A DNA stretch of 64,000 nucleotides from Balamuthia mandrillaris. Taxonomy: Eukaryota. Position 1 is the first letter of the stretch, and each line of letters opens with the position of its first letter. The position numbers and the translations under genes are program-made. The stretch spans positions 248,001-312,000 of the forward strand of contig JAVKOQ020000018.1 of the NCBI GenBank assembly GCA_031835245.2. The letters run 5' to 3'. Shown piece after piece: positions 1 through 12,143 of this stretch. Under the pieces are notes generated by a model. That model did not search any database, was not told where the DNA came from, and worked only from the letters and a program-made list of their open reading frames with translations.

Positions 1-510
1 ATAGGGGTGTGGTTTTTTTTGTTTTAAATCTTTTAAAAGAACAAAAACAACAACAGAGAAGGAAGGGGGGGGGGAGGGATAATGCGTTCTCTCTAACGAG
101 TTGGCGATGGAGTTGCTGGTGATTTTCTGGCTGGCATTGGCCATTGAAGAAAACTCGACGCCCACAGGATTGGAGGGCGGGCATCCATACGTGTCACGTG
201 TGCGTCGAATTCGTTGGAGGGGCTCCACACGTGCGCTGCAGTTTGATCGCGATTCGAATTGAATTTCCTGCTTCTACGCACCGATTTGTCCAATCAGAAA
301 CCAAACTAATAGATCAGTGGATGATCAGATTATCGTAACATGCTACATTCCTATTTCTGATTATCGCAGATTTCTATCGATTTTATGAATGAAGCGGATA
401 AATAATTTTATCCGTTGATTTATTCCGGAATTAAACCAAAAAAAAAAATGGCGGAGAGTTACGCAGCAAAAAAAAAATATACGAAAGCTTAACAACAACA
501 ACCACGGGTA

Positions 511-1769
511 ATGTACCAACCAGCAAGTCACGCCCCCGCCTTCTATAGCGGCCCTTCCGCCACGCCGCCTCCTTCCGATGGCCTCGTGTGGTCCCCTTTT
601 GACGCACCTCCTCCTCCAACCACCGCTCCTTCTACCTCCAACCAACCGTTCTTCTTCCCCACAACAACAACCTCCACCTCCTCTTCTTTCGATCCCTATT
701 CCGCGTCCGCTTCTTCCTCTGCTGGAGGAGCGGGGTCAGGTCTTTTCTATCCTTCTACTGCTTCGTCTGGTGCAGCCTATCCTGCTGCAGGTGCTCCTCC
801 CTACGGGGGCATTCCTCCCACTTTTTATGGCCCTTCTGCTTCTTCCGTTGCCACTACTGCCTTTTATGATTATAGCCAAGAACTACCTCCCCAACAACCA
901 GCGAGCTTTGATATTTCACCTCCTTCCTCTTCTTCTGATGTATCGCCTCCTTCTTCTTTCGCTGCTTCTGCTTCTTCTTCTGCTTCTGCCAGCGTTACAT
1001 CTGCTAGCGTTACATCAGCACCAAAGAAAAAGAAGAAACCTCTTCCTCTCGATAACGTTTGTCTCTCTTTCTTCTTTGTCTCTTTCTTCTTCTTTCTTCT
1101 CACTCAAAAACAAAAAACAATAAAGTCAACAGAGTACTTCATCAAAGTGGAGTTGCCATTCACCAAAGAGCTGATCAACAGCGTGTTTGACGCGGAGGAG
1201 GTGGAGATCTTTGTCTGCAACATGTCGACCTTTAGCATCCGCCTCAAGAACGTGCGCAACGGAGAGATCATCGCCAAAGTGCCGGCCCCTGGCGGAGACC
1301 TGACCCTCTTCAAAAGCTCGGTGGGCAAGATCAGGTTGAAGTGGAGGCACAATAAGTTCTCCGTGAAGCTGAGGGATGGCACTGACCTCACTCTTCAAGG
1401 GTATGCAAAACTCTTTCATCGTTTCTCTCTTTCTCCCCCATTCTCATCTTGCTTGCTTTTTCTCTTGGTCGTTTGCTTTCTTTATCAAACAAAAAAAGCG
1501 ATCTCCAAAAACGTGAATATACCTTCGTCAACGAAACCGGAGAGACCGTTGCGCTCGTTAGCCAGAAACACAGCGAGGATCGCGGCAGCAATTACTATAG
1601 CCTCTTCCTGACATCAGAGGCTGATCCGCACGTAATCTTCATCACGTGCGCCTGCATCGATTGGAAGTTGAGCAAAGAAGGGAGCAGGCACAGCGGCAGT
1701 CACAGAAGCAAAAAGGAGAAAGACAATTCTCCAAGTCATCGTCGTCGTCTTAGAGATCATTTGAAGTAA
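511..1769 (+). CDS. Pro/Ser-rich N-terminus plus LURP-one/Tubby-C/scramblase-like domain (3 exons)
   Basis: ORFs 511..1611 and 1449..1769 join across GT-AG introns (~1057-1124, ~1401-1498), giving ...VGKIRLKWRHNKFSVKLRDGTDLTLQGDLQKREYTFVNETGETVALVSQKH...YYSLFLTSEADPHVIFITCACIDW, which resembles the LURP-one/Tubby-C pattern. Confidence 0.6.
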
Positions 1770-1960
1770 TCCTGCTTCCTTTCTTTTGTTTTTGTTTTTT
1801 GTATTTGTATTTCTCAGAAAGTTTGTAAAATGAAGGTGAGCATGAATAAAGAAGCATCTTTTCTCTCCTGTTAAAGAAGAAAGCGTAAAAAGCAAGATAA
1901 AAGAAGCAAAGCAGCAAAGCAGAAAGAGTAAAGTTTGGAAACCATTTAGCACAGATTGCT

Positions 1961-3421
1961 TCACAAGATGTTCGACAAGATGCAAAGGTCGTTGAGTCTT
2001 GCTTCGCCATCGTAACCGCCGAACAAGACAACAGAGCGGCCGTCGCGCGTAGGATGTGATGCGATCCATCCTCTAGCACTAGGCGCCGACTCGACTTCTG
2101 TTTCAACTTTGTGCCATTGTTCTGTGCTTACGTCCATTACAAAAGCATCATTGAAGTACAATCCTGCTCCTTCATGTCCTGTTAGTTTGGTATGTTGTTA
2201 GCTTTTGAAGAGCGAATGAACAAAAGTACTGACAAGAAAGGAGGATAGAGGACGTTACCTTTGGCAGAGGGAGCGGCTTCACCGCCAAAGACAAACATGT
2301 GGGTGGTGTGTCCCCCTCCATCGCGACCCAATCCACAACAGCCCAGCACGGAGCGTGGGGCCGGCACATCTCCTTGCAGTTCCACCGCTCTCCATTCCTT
2401 CGTCTCTGGTGTAAAGCAGTAGAGGTCTTGCAACTCTTTTCCGTTGAATCCACCAAAAAGATAGATCTTGTTTCCTGTTTGGCACATGTAAAACAGAGTG
2501 GTCCCATCGCGGTTCTCTCTACTTCTCTCTTCTGTGTACTCGTTCTCGCTTCTCTCGCCCTTTAGTTCTCGCTCTGTAACTCTCGTCCTCTCGTTCTTTA
2601 GTTCTCTCACTCTCGTCCTCCCGCTCTTGCTCTGTGGCTCTCCCGTTCTCTCACCCTTGCGTTTCTCTCTACCTCTCTATAAACATACCAGCAGCACAGA
2701 GAGCAGGACCACCGCGAGGAGACGGAGCAGGAGCAGAGCTGGGAGCCAGCGTGACCTCCTCCCAAACATTGTTGGCCGTGTCGAAGCGCCAAAGGTCATT
2801 CATGCGGCCGCTCTGCCCGCAACCACCGAATACATAAACGTCCTTTCCCAAAGCCACAGAACAATGATAGCTGCGAGGAGCCGGTGTTCGAGAGGTGGAG
2901 GCCAACTTGCTCCAAGTGTTGGTTCTAGTGTCAAAGGTAAGGAGTTCTGTATGGTGTGGGATTAGAACGGAGAATCAGAGTAAGAGACAAAGGAGAAGAA
3001 AGAGGGAAGAAGAAAGAAGAAACCATCAAGCTCAGTCTTATCGGTCTTTCGGCCACCAAAAATGTAGAGCACCTGATCGACAGCGACGCAGCTATGCGCC
3101 AAACGAGGCTCCGGTACCTCGCCTACACGCCACAGGAAAGCGCTGAGCAAAAAAAAGGGAGGAGGAAAAAAAAGGCTTTTGTTGCCTCTTCTCCGCTTCA
3201 CACTCACCTTGTGTTTCCAGGTCGATCCAAGCGCTGTTCGCGAGGTCAAAGCAGTGCATCTTCCCATCAAAGGCTCTCCTGGGCACATCTTCGCCGCCGT
3301 AGACGTAGAGCTTGTCATCCACTACCGCAACGGCGTGAGAGCTGCGCCCTTTCGGCCACGCCTCTTGCTGCTCATCGCTGCTGCTAAGCCGGCGCCACCA
3401 CGTTTGGCTGCTGTTCTCCAT
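1961..3421 (-). CDS. Kelch-repeat beta-propeller protein, nitrile-specifier-protein-like (multi-exon)
   Basis: Repeated kelch motifs: PKGRSSHAVAVVDDKLYVYGG, PEPRLAHSCVAVDQVLYIFGG, PAPRSYHCSVALGKDVYVFGG, KIYLFGGFNG, MFVFGGE, VVLFGGYDG. ATG at 3421. Confidence 0.85.
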
Positions 3422-3821
3422 CCCTCCGTAAGCCCGCAGTTGGACAAAACCAAGATAACACGGCACGCTTTTCCCCTTTGTCTCAGTGGGAAAATAACAT
3501 ACTTTTGTCTAATCTCGTGGGTCGCTAAATGAGAACAAATACTGGTCCATGTGTTCTCTTTGGAAAAAATTGGTCATCTTTTGACCACCACAGCTAGTCA
3601 GTTACAGTTGATCTGAGCTAAAAATTTCAAATAACCAGTCAAAAATCAAAATGAATGGGTGGTGATCGTCTACAAAAATTGCGCGACTCTTGCGGGCAAT
3701 TTTGTAGGGACATGTTGGAATAAGAGAAGCATGGCTCTGAGGGCATCGCCTTCGCTCGGCCACCGGGGAGAAGGGTCCTCCAACAAGCCTTGCCTTGAGG
3801 TGACCTATGAATAGAGAGCTT

Positions 3822-5351
3822 TTATTGGAAGTGAACAACGGTGTGGTTGTTTTCTTTCTCGCTGTAGAAAGTGACAATGTTGTACAAGAACTGAGCCAAA
3901 AACCGAATGGCGAGCCCTTTGTAGAAACCCCAGCCGCCTTCCTCCTCCAAGATCCTTTGCACGGTCCACCACGCCCCTCCACAAACTTCCTCAAGGGTGC
4001 TGTTGTCGTTGTCGACATTGACGGTGGCCTCCACCTCGACGTGCGAGTAGAGTTCCGGATGCATTCTCATCCTCTGGATCAGAGTTTCCAGAGGCATTTG
4101 GACCAAACAACTCAGTGCTGCTGTGCCTGCGCAAATGGCCACTCCGCTCGCCACATGTCCTCGTTGCTGCTCTTCTTCGTTCCGTAGTTGGCGTTGTTGT
4201 TGCAGCCAATAGCGTTGGTTACGGCGGAGGCAGTGCAGGAGAAAGTCTTCGTTGAGGTCCGAGACCAACAGGTTGGCCATGTGCAACGGCATGTCCCTGA
4301 AGAAGTTGTTTTTGTTGACAAACATTGCCTTCCAAAAGTACTTCAGGAGGAGGTGCAGGGTTGAGCCGAATGAGTCCGAAGGTAAAATAGTCTTCCACAC
4401 GGGTTCCATTACTTTTGTTTTCTTACAAGTGAGCTTTGAGAAAGCAAGAAAGCAAGAAAGCAAGAAAGAAAGAAAGAAACGACAAGAAAGAAGGAGGAGG
4501 AGGAAAAGAAGAAGAAGAAGAAGAAGAAGAAGAAGAAGAAGAAGAAGAAGAAGAAGAAGAAGAAAAAGAAGAAAAGAAGGAGAAGGAGGAGAAGAAAAAC
4601 GACAAGAAAGAAAGAAACGACAAGAAACGACAAGAAAACTTACAGCTTACACAGTTGTTTGCGAGAGCCAAGTCCATGAAGGGCTGGAATGCGTAGAATG
4701 GAGTGAAAAAACCCTTAGCGGTAAAGCATGTGTGGTAAGAGTCCTCGAGGTCGCCCGCAAGGCGAGCAAAGTTTGCCAAGAGCCCCTTGGTCAGGCCTTG
4801 CGCACCGGGAGAGCCCATCAGGTGGTTGGCTTGCACTTGGCACACCATGCCCAACCCATTCATCCCTAAGCTAAAGAGAAAAGAAGACATGCCGTTGACT
4901 GCTGCTGCTTGTCGCGTGGTGTTGTTCTTGTTGTTTTAGTTCGTGAAGCCGCGCAGGCGCACCTCTGCTTGCTGCCTCTCGTGCAACTGGAGAGGTTACT
5001 TTCGCTAGCAATAATGCATTATTGCTGGTAGCCCCTGAAATGAAAAAACAGAAAAACACCAAGGAGGAAAGCAAACGAGTCTTGGGAGTCCTGACCACAA
5101 GGCCTTTTGTCTTTGGCGAAGCTTCGCCAAACGGGCGCTCTCATCGCCTGGCTGTCCTGTTCTCGTTTCGGCTTCTCGCCAGCAACCGAAAAGAGAAAAG
5201 CAGCCATGGCGTGCTTTGCGCCGTCGAAGCAACTCCGAGCAATGGAATGGAGATCGGCCGTGACGCGAGCGTACATGGCCGTGGTGGGTACTGAGCATTG
5301 CCGCCTTTGAAGCTCCTTGAAGAGCGCAGCTGTATTGCTTCTTGCTCCCAA
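3822..5351 (-). CDS. Divergent mitochondrial carrier (SLC25) family protein (multi-exon; 5' end uncertain)
   Basis: Last exon has a carrier-like signature MPLETLIQRMR followed by ILEEEGGWGFYKGL. Upstream exons are in ORFs 4423..4890, 4871..5098 and 5019..5351. Confidence 0.55.
4441..4637. repeat. Intronic compound microsatellite: (AAG)n, (AAAG)n and ACGACAAGAAAG units
   Basis: Directly visible; lies in an intron of the minus-strand carrier gene. Confidence 0.9.
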
Positions 5352-5544
5352 TTGTTGTTGAGGGAAAGAGCACCCAATTATTTGTTAGGATAATCGCAGT
5401 TTATTATGAATTTTTTGTTATTTTTCGATAATTTGTGATGCAATTTGTTGTGCCGACAAAATGTTTGAATATTACGATAAAAAGTTATAGAAAAGAAAAG
5501 AGAAGATAGGATTATTATAAGGGATCTGCAGAAGCGTGGCAGAA

Positions 5545-6709
5545 ATGTCCTTGTTGTCGCTGCCGGTGGAACTGTTGGGTCTTATCATGGAGCACATCCG
5601 CACCAGCGTGTGTACTTTTATTTTCCTCTTTTATTTTTTTCTTTTCTTTTCTTTTCTTTCTTTTTTTTTGAGTAACGCCGTGCATTACACAAACACAGGA
5701 ACTTTATCCAAACTGCTTTTTGGTGTGCAAGACTTTACTTGAGGCCGTTCAACAAGACGAGGTCTGGAAGCGTCGATGCCTGCGTGACCTGGACCTCTCT
5801 GAGCAAGACCTCTTTCACGCCTCCGCCACAACGCCCTGTTCGTCGTGGCAACAAGTCTACAAGGAGCACAGCGATCTCTTTCAGTGGGACCCTCACCACG
5901 CCACCCTTTCAGCATCAGCAAGAAATGAACTGGTCTCCTCTTTGGGTCTCCATAAACAACATTTTTACGAAGGAGAGGGATGCACTGCCAATGACGTTAC
6001 CATCCTGGAAGACCCTTCATTGAATTACGAGGAGGAGGAGAAAAAAACCGATGAGCAAGAGCCATCCAACTGCATGCTGAGGATCAACAAAAGGTTGGTT
6101 CGTTGGGAAGGTTTGCATTCATATGTCAGCGTGAGGACCAAACGGCCGATTCGTGGTGCTCGGTGTGTCTCCTTGGAGTTTGTCATTTGGGACTTCACCA
6201 AGACTCATAACTTTGGGGTGGGGTTCATCACGGACAACTGGGACTGTCGCTTGAACTTGCACCCCAATGGTATCCCCAAACACTCTGGTTGGCTGTGGTG
6301 GAACGACGAATACTGCAGGTGTGCTCCTCTGTTTCTATTTTGGATGTTTATTGTTTCTGACCTGTTTTTTTTATTTGCAAACAGCCACTCCATTTGTGGT
6401 GAAGGTACAGTTCCCCAAACACGACATGTGAAGATCGGCTGGGAAGAAGGGGACGTGTTGGGTGCGACGGTGGACCTTCTCCCACGCACATCAGACCGTC
6501 CGTTCAGTCGCGCCATCCATTTCTTCAAGAATGGAGAATGGGCCGAGTCGATATCTCTTCCTGCGGATGCCGAGTGCCTTTGGCCTGCCGTGAAGATGTA
6601 CGACAGCGGAGACATGGTGGAGGTGCGTGGTGCCCCAATGGCCTTCACCCTGCCACCGGAGAAGTATCCTGATATTGAGGCTCAACTTAGAGCCACCGAG
6701 ACAGCTTAA
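5545..6709 (+). CDS. F-box plus SPRY-like domain protein, tandem copy 1 (3 exons)
   Basis: F-box MSLLSLPVELLGLIMEHI-(intron 5608-5698)-ELYPNCFLVCKTL...VWKRRC; SPRY-like FGVGF...WEEGDVLGATVDL...IHFFKNG...LWPAV. Confidence 0.8.
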
Positions 6710-6800
6710 CTCTCTATTGTCCACAAAAAATTAAGTTTATTAAGTGTTAAAAAGAAGAACAAAGAAAGAGCTGCTCTGCGTTGTGTTTGTTGCAGTTCTC

Positions 6801-7921
6801 ATGTCGCTGTTGTCGTTGCCGGTGGAGCTGTTGAGCCTTATTCTGGAGTGCATCGACACAAAGGTACGGTCTCTCTTTGTTGCAAAAAACCAAAGTAACA
6901 TGAGGGACTGTTCATATAGGAGCTTTATCCAAACTGTTTTTTGGTGTGCAAGACGTTGTTAGAAGCCCTTCAGCAAGAGCAGGCCTGGAAGCAAAGGTGC
7001 CTGCGGGACTTGGACCTCTCCGAAGAAGAACTTCTTCGCATTTCCTCTTCCGACCCGAAGATAACGACTTTATCATGGCAACAGGTCTACAGAGACCACA
7101 GCAGTGTCTTTCATTGGGACCCTCATCACGCCACCCTTTCAGAAACCGAAAGAACAAGACTGGTTTCCATCCTGGGCCTCGACGAAAACGACTTTTATAC
7201 AGGAGAGGGATGCACCGCCTCTGAAGTTACCATTCTCGATGACCCTTCATTGGAGTACGAGCCAGACTCCTCTGACAAGCAATCCAGTGTTTTGAGGATT
7301 AACAAACGCTTGGTTCGCTGGGATGGCAGACAACGCTACGTAAGCGTGAGAACCAAGCGACCTATTCGGGGCGATCGTTGCTTCTTGTTGGAGTTTGTCA
7401 TCCACGACTTCACCAATACGCACAACTTTGGAGTGGGGTTCGTCACGGACAACTGGGACTGTCGCTTGAACTTGCACCCCAATGGTACCCCCAAACACTC
7501 TGGTTGGCTGTGGTGGAACAAAGCAAGCTGCTCGTTTGTCTTTCTTCTTTCCGTTTCTATTTCATCTCGCTTGTTCCTCATGTACGCTATCTTGTTCGTC
7601 AGGCACACCATTTGCGGACTTACATATTCTGGCTACAAACGACACGTGAACACCAATTGGCAGAAGGACGACGTGTTGGGGGCAATGGTGGACCTCCGTC
7701 AGCGCACAACTGGCCATCCCTTTGGCCGTGCCATCCATTTCTTCAAGAACGGGGAGTGGGCGGAGTCGGTATCCCTTCCTGCTTACGTGGAGTGCCTTTG
7801 GCCTGTCACAAAGATGTACGACACAGGGGACATGGTGGAGGTGCGTCGCGCCTCCATGGCCTTCACTCTGCCACCGGAGAAGCATTCTGCCATTGAAGCT
7901 CAACTCATCGCCACGGACTAG
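6801..7921 (+). CDS. F-box plus SPRY-like domain protein, tandem copy 2 (3 exons)
   Basis: MSLLSLPVELLSLILECI...CFLVCKTL; same SPRY-like motifs and the same two intron positions as copy 1. Confidence 0.8.
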
Positions 7922-7994
7922 CCCGTGTGGCCACCTCTTGGGTTTTTTGTAGACACATTAATATAGAACAACAAAACAAGAAGGCAGCGCTGTA

Positions 7995-9206
7995 ATGTTG
8001 CTGGCATTGCCGGTGGAGTTGTTAGGGCTTATCCTGGACCACATCGACACGAAGGTTTCTCGAGTCGAGTGGTTTCGTTGTTGCTCCCTCGTAACCTGAA
8101 ACTCACACTTCCATTTCAAACAAAAGGAGCTGTACCCGAACTGCTTCTTGGTGTGCAAAACGTTGTTGGAAGCCCTCCAACAGGAGCAGTCCTGGAAGCG
8201 GAGGTGCCTTCGGGACTTGGAGCTCTCCGAAGACGACCCTTTTCTCAGTGGCGCCTCCACCTCATGGCGACAGCTCTACAAAAACCACAGCAGCATATGC
8301 GAATGGGATCCCAAACATGCCACGCTGCCTATAAAACAAAGATCAGAGCTGACTGCTGCGCTTGGCCTCGACTCAAAAAACCTCTACAACGGAGAGGGCA
8401 GTACTACCTTGGGTGTAACTATCCAGGCGGATAAACCGTTTGAGCCACGCCAACGATGCAAAGGGGGATCCGGATCAACATTTAAGCTGTACAAAGGGTT
8501 GGCTCGTTGGGAAGGTTTGCATAGCTATGTCAGCACCAGGACCAAGCAGCCATTGCGTGCGGGCAGTTGCTACTCTTTGGAGTTTGAGATTTGCAACCAC
8601 CAAGGACCACACAACTTTGGGGTGGGGTTCATCACGGACAATTGGGACTGTCGCTTGAACGCGCACGTGGAAGCGACCCCCAAACAGTCTGGTTGGCTTT
8701 GGTGGAGCGAAGCGTACTGCACGTATGCACTTCTTCTACTTTCTTATTCTTCTTTCTTCTATCTTCTGTCTTCCTTCTTCGTTGTGCTTCGCTTTTCTTT
8801 TGTTATTATACTTTGCTTCTTATTCTTTTCTCTTTCAACATTGCTCTTTCTCACGTTTTCACTCAGTCATAACATAAGCGGCCTGCAGCTCCCAGCTGAT
8901 TTCGCCGTCGAACAAACCCGGCATGTAACCGAGGAGTGGAAACAAGGAGACGTGTTGGGCGCTCTTGTGGACCTTCATCCATTTGCAACAGATCGTCCTT
9001 TCGGCCACGCCGTTCACTTCTTCAAGAACAGCCGGTGGACAGAGTCTGTAGCCCTTCCTTTGGATGTGGAACGTCTTTGGCCTGTTGTGAAACTATACGA
9101 CATGGGCGACACAGTGGAGCTTCGTCGCGCTTCAACACCGTTCGTGCTACCGCCAGAGAAGTATCCCATTATAGAAAAGCAACTGAAAGCCAGCAAACTA
9201 CCATAA
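7995..9206 (+). CDS. F-box plus SPRY-like domain protein, tandem copy 3 (3 exons)
   Basis: MLLALPVELLGLILDHI...CFLVCKTL; WKQGDVLGALVDL...VHFFKN...LWPVV; same intron positions. Confidence 0.8.
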
Positions 9207-9663
9207 GTCTTTCCTTTACTAGGGCCGAAAGAGTTTCTCTGGCCACCCCATTCATTTTAGTTGTTCTTTGCTGGGCGCCAGCAACCGAAGAGAGCAAATA
9301 TAAAAGAAAAGGGCTTAGTCTTCATCTGGAGAGTGTTTCAGCACACATGGAATGATATAAGAGAAGCAAGTGAGCAGAATAGAACTGGAAGAATGAAAGC
9401 AAACAATACGAGAGAAATGCGAGCGGGTAGAGCCACTCCCTCCCAGGCAAGGATAGTCTCAGTAGCTCGACCTGGCCATAAAGGTTCGAGGTAGCATCCC
9501 AGCCCAGGATCCATAAGCTAAAACGTGAGTTTGTTCTGGTATAATCAGGACGACATGACACTATAGAGGCAAAAAAAAGCTGTCTCTCAGTAACGCAACT
9601 CTTCCCTTCCTTTGTCTCCCTCGGCGGGTTGCTCTCGTACGTTCACACGTGCCACACGAGGCC

Positions 9664-10853
9664 ATGTACTCCTCTTCTTCTGACACGGAGCAGCCTCCGA
9701 CACTTCCCTTGGAGGTCTTTTCTCACATCTTCTCCTTTGTGGAGGAGAAACGGGACTTGCTGGCCCTCTCCGGCGTCTCCTACACCTTTCGCAAGCTGGC
9801 CTACGGGCAGCTGCGCGAGGCCAACCTCTCCAAGCTGGACACCGGCCGTCGCCTTAAGATTAAAAGCAAATGGATGAAAGAGAAACAACACCGCCTGACC
9901 GACAGCGATGGCATCCACCGGATGGACCTCTTGGTGTTCTTTTTGAACTTTTTCCGTGAGCACTGCCCTCGCTTGCAACGCTTGACTCTGCCCCAACTGA
10001 CGGAGGATCATCACATGGCCTTCTTGCCCTCCCGACGGCTGTCGACGCTCTCTTTGGCCTACTCCCATGTCGGAGACCAGGGAGCGGAGGAGTTGCTCTG
10101 GAAGAGGAGCAAACGAACGGGGAGCGAAAAGAAGCGCTTCAAGTTCCTGAGCTCTTTGAACCTTCGCTCGACTTCGATAACTTGTATGGTTTCTTTTTCT
10201 TACTTCTTCGTTCAGCATTCTTCTTTCGCTCTGCCTTATTTCTGCTTTCCCTTTCTTCTTGTTCCTTCTTTACTAACTGTTCATGTTTCCAGCGGTAGGC
10301 TTGGGATATTTGGCGGGCTACTCGACGCTGAAGGAGTTAAACCTCCGTTACTTATCCATCTCGGATGAGGCTTTGGCGGTCCTTCCTGGGTCTCTTGAGT
10401 CCCTCAACCTCAGCAATACCGCCATCACGGACAAAGGCTTCTTGCTATTTCTTCTTCTTTTTCTTTTTGAGTTCTTCTATCTTCCATTCTCATCCTTGCT
10501 TCCTTTACACAACAAAAGGCATTCTTCAGCTTAGCCAAAGCGCACCAAAGTTGAAGAAGCTCTCTTTGGCCCTGACCCCCATCACAGGCGTGGCGCTAAG
10601 CCATCTGGCAGCCTTTCCCGACCTTCAACACCTCAACATCAGCAACACGGGGTTGAAAGGCGTAGACTTTATGAGTCACTGGCCGAACCTTCGACAACAT
10701 GAGGAAAGCGAGGCGGAGGGAGATGCTTCCCCTCCACCACCATTTCTTCTGAACCATCTCAACGTGAGAGGCTTGACTCGCGTCCCTCCTCCTGTTTGGG
10801 ACCTCCTTCGCGCGCAGCAGCACCGCCTTGAAACGCTGAAAGAAGGAAGATAA
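9664..10853 (+). CDS. F-box plus leucine-rich-repeat (FBXL-type) protein (3 exons)
   Basis: F-box TLPLEVFSHIFSFV...LSGVSYTFRKLA; LRRs LSTLSLAYSHVGDQG, LSSLNLRSTSIT, LKELNLRYLSISDEA, LESLNLSNTAITDKG, LQHLNISNT. Confidence 0.85.
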
Positions 10854-11012
10854 AGTTATATGATATGATCTCACATATATTACTTGAGAGCCAATCAAAA
10901 TTCAGATGCGAGATCATTGATTTATGTAGACAAACATACGTCATTCACGCCATAAAAGGAATGTTATTACGTCAGCAGGGCCCATACAAAAAGAAAAAGA
11001 AGAAAGAGAGAG

Positions 11013-11997
11013 ATGGAGGCGGTGGCGCAGCGATTTCATTCGGTCTGTGAGGCGCTTGGTTATCCTGCAGAGCGGACAGAACAAGTGAAGGCAGAGCTGT
11101 TTCCCCACTTGAAGAAACCAACCACCATCACTCCGTTTGATTTTGGCGAAAGCATTGCTGCCGGTTTGTTCTTTGTGCCTCATCTTTTTTTTTTTCGTCA
11201 AACTCATCTTCTATTCTATATTTTTTTCCCCAGTGATTGACCATACACTACTAAAGCCAGAGGCCACTTCGAAAGATATCGCCAAACTATGCGAGGAAGC
11301 CGTCACTCACCACTTTGCTTGCGTCTGCGTTAACGCCTGTCGAGTCCAAGAGGCGGTCTCTTTGCTAGAGGCAGCTGACTCTGCCAAAATATCAAAAGTG
11401 GGAGTGGCAGCTGTGGTTGGCTTTCCCTTGGGGGCCACCACGACAGCCACCAAAGCCGCCGAGACACACGAGGTCGTCTCCCTGGGAGCCTCCGAGGTGG
11501 ACATGGTCCTCAACATCGGCAAGCTCAAAGACTCGCAGTATGCCTTTGTCCTTGATGACATCACTGCCGTTGTCAAAGCTGCCGCAGAAACAGCGAAAGG
11601 AGCCACAGTCAAAGTCATTCTAGAGTGCGGTTTGCTGAGCAAGGAGCAGATGATAGATGCCTGCGTGCTTTCAGTAATGGCAGGGGCTGCCTTTGTGAAG
11701 ACCTCCACAGGGTTCATTGCCGCTGCTGGCGGTGCCAAGCTGGAGGACGTGAGCTTGATGAAGAGCGTTGTGGGAGAGAGGGCATTGGTCAAGGCCAGCG
11801 GGGGAGTGAGGAGCTATCGCGAGGCGGTGGCCATGGTCAAGGCTGGAGCTGCGCGGATCGGAGCAAGTGCTGGTGTAGCCATAGTTGCAGAAGAGAAGAA
11901 GGAAAACGAGGAGCTATCAACCTCTTCTTCTTCTTGTTCTTCTTGTTCTTGTTCTTGTTCTTCTTCTTCTTCTTCTTCTTCAATTGGAGACTATTAA
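11013..11997 (+). CDS. deoC: Deoxyribose-phosphate aldolase (2 exons, intron 11164-11233)
   Basis: IDHTLLKPEAT, VCVN, VVGFPLG, EVDMVLN, VKVILE, FVKTSTGF (Schiff-base Lys), VKASGGVR, RIGASAG, C-terminal Tyr. Confidence 0.95.
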
Positions 11998-12143
11998 ACA
12001 AAAGAACGAAGGGCAAACAAACGGAGAAACAAACGGAGTCAACATTTCAACTTTTTTTTGGTCTTCTTCTTCGATTGAGACACAAATACACAACCACAAA
12101 ACAGAAGTCAAAAGATACAAAGTACAAGCAAAAAGTTGGCCAG

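Noticed and set aside
186..236. Clustered CACGTG E-box-like motifs
   Set aside because: Short motifs with no independent support.
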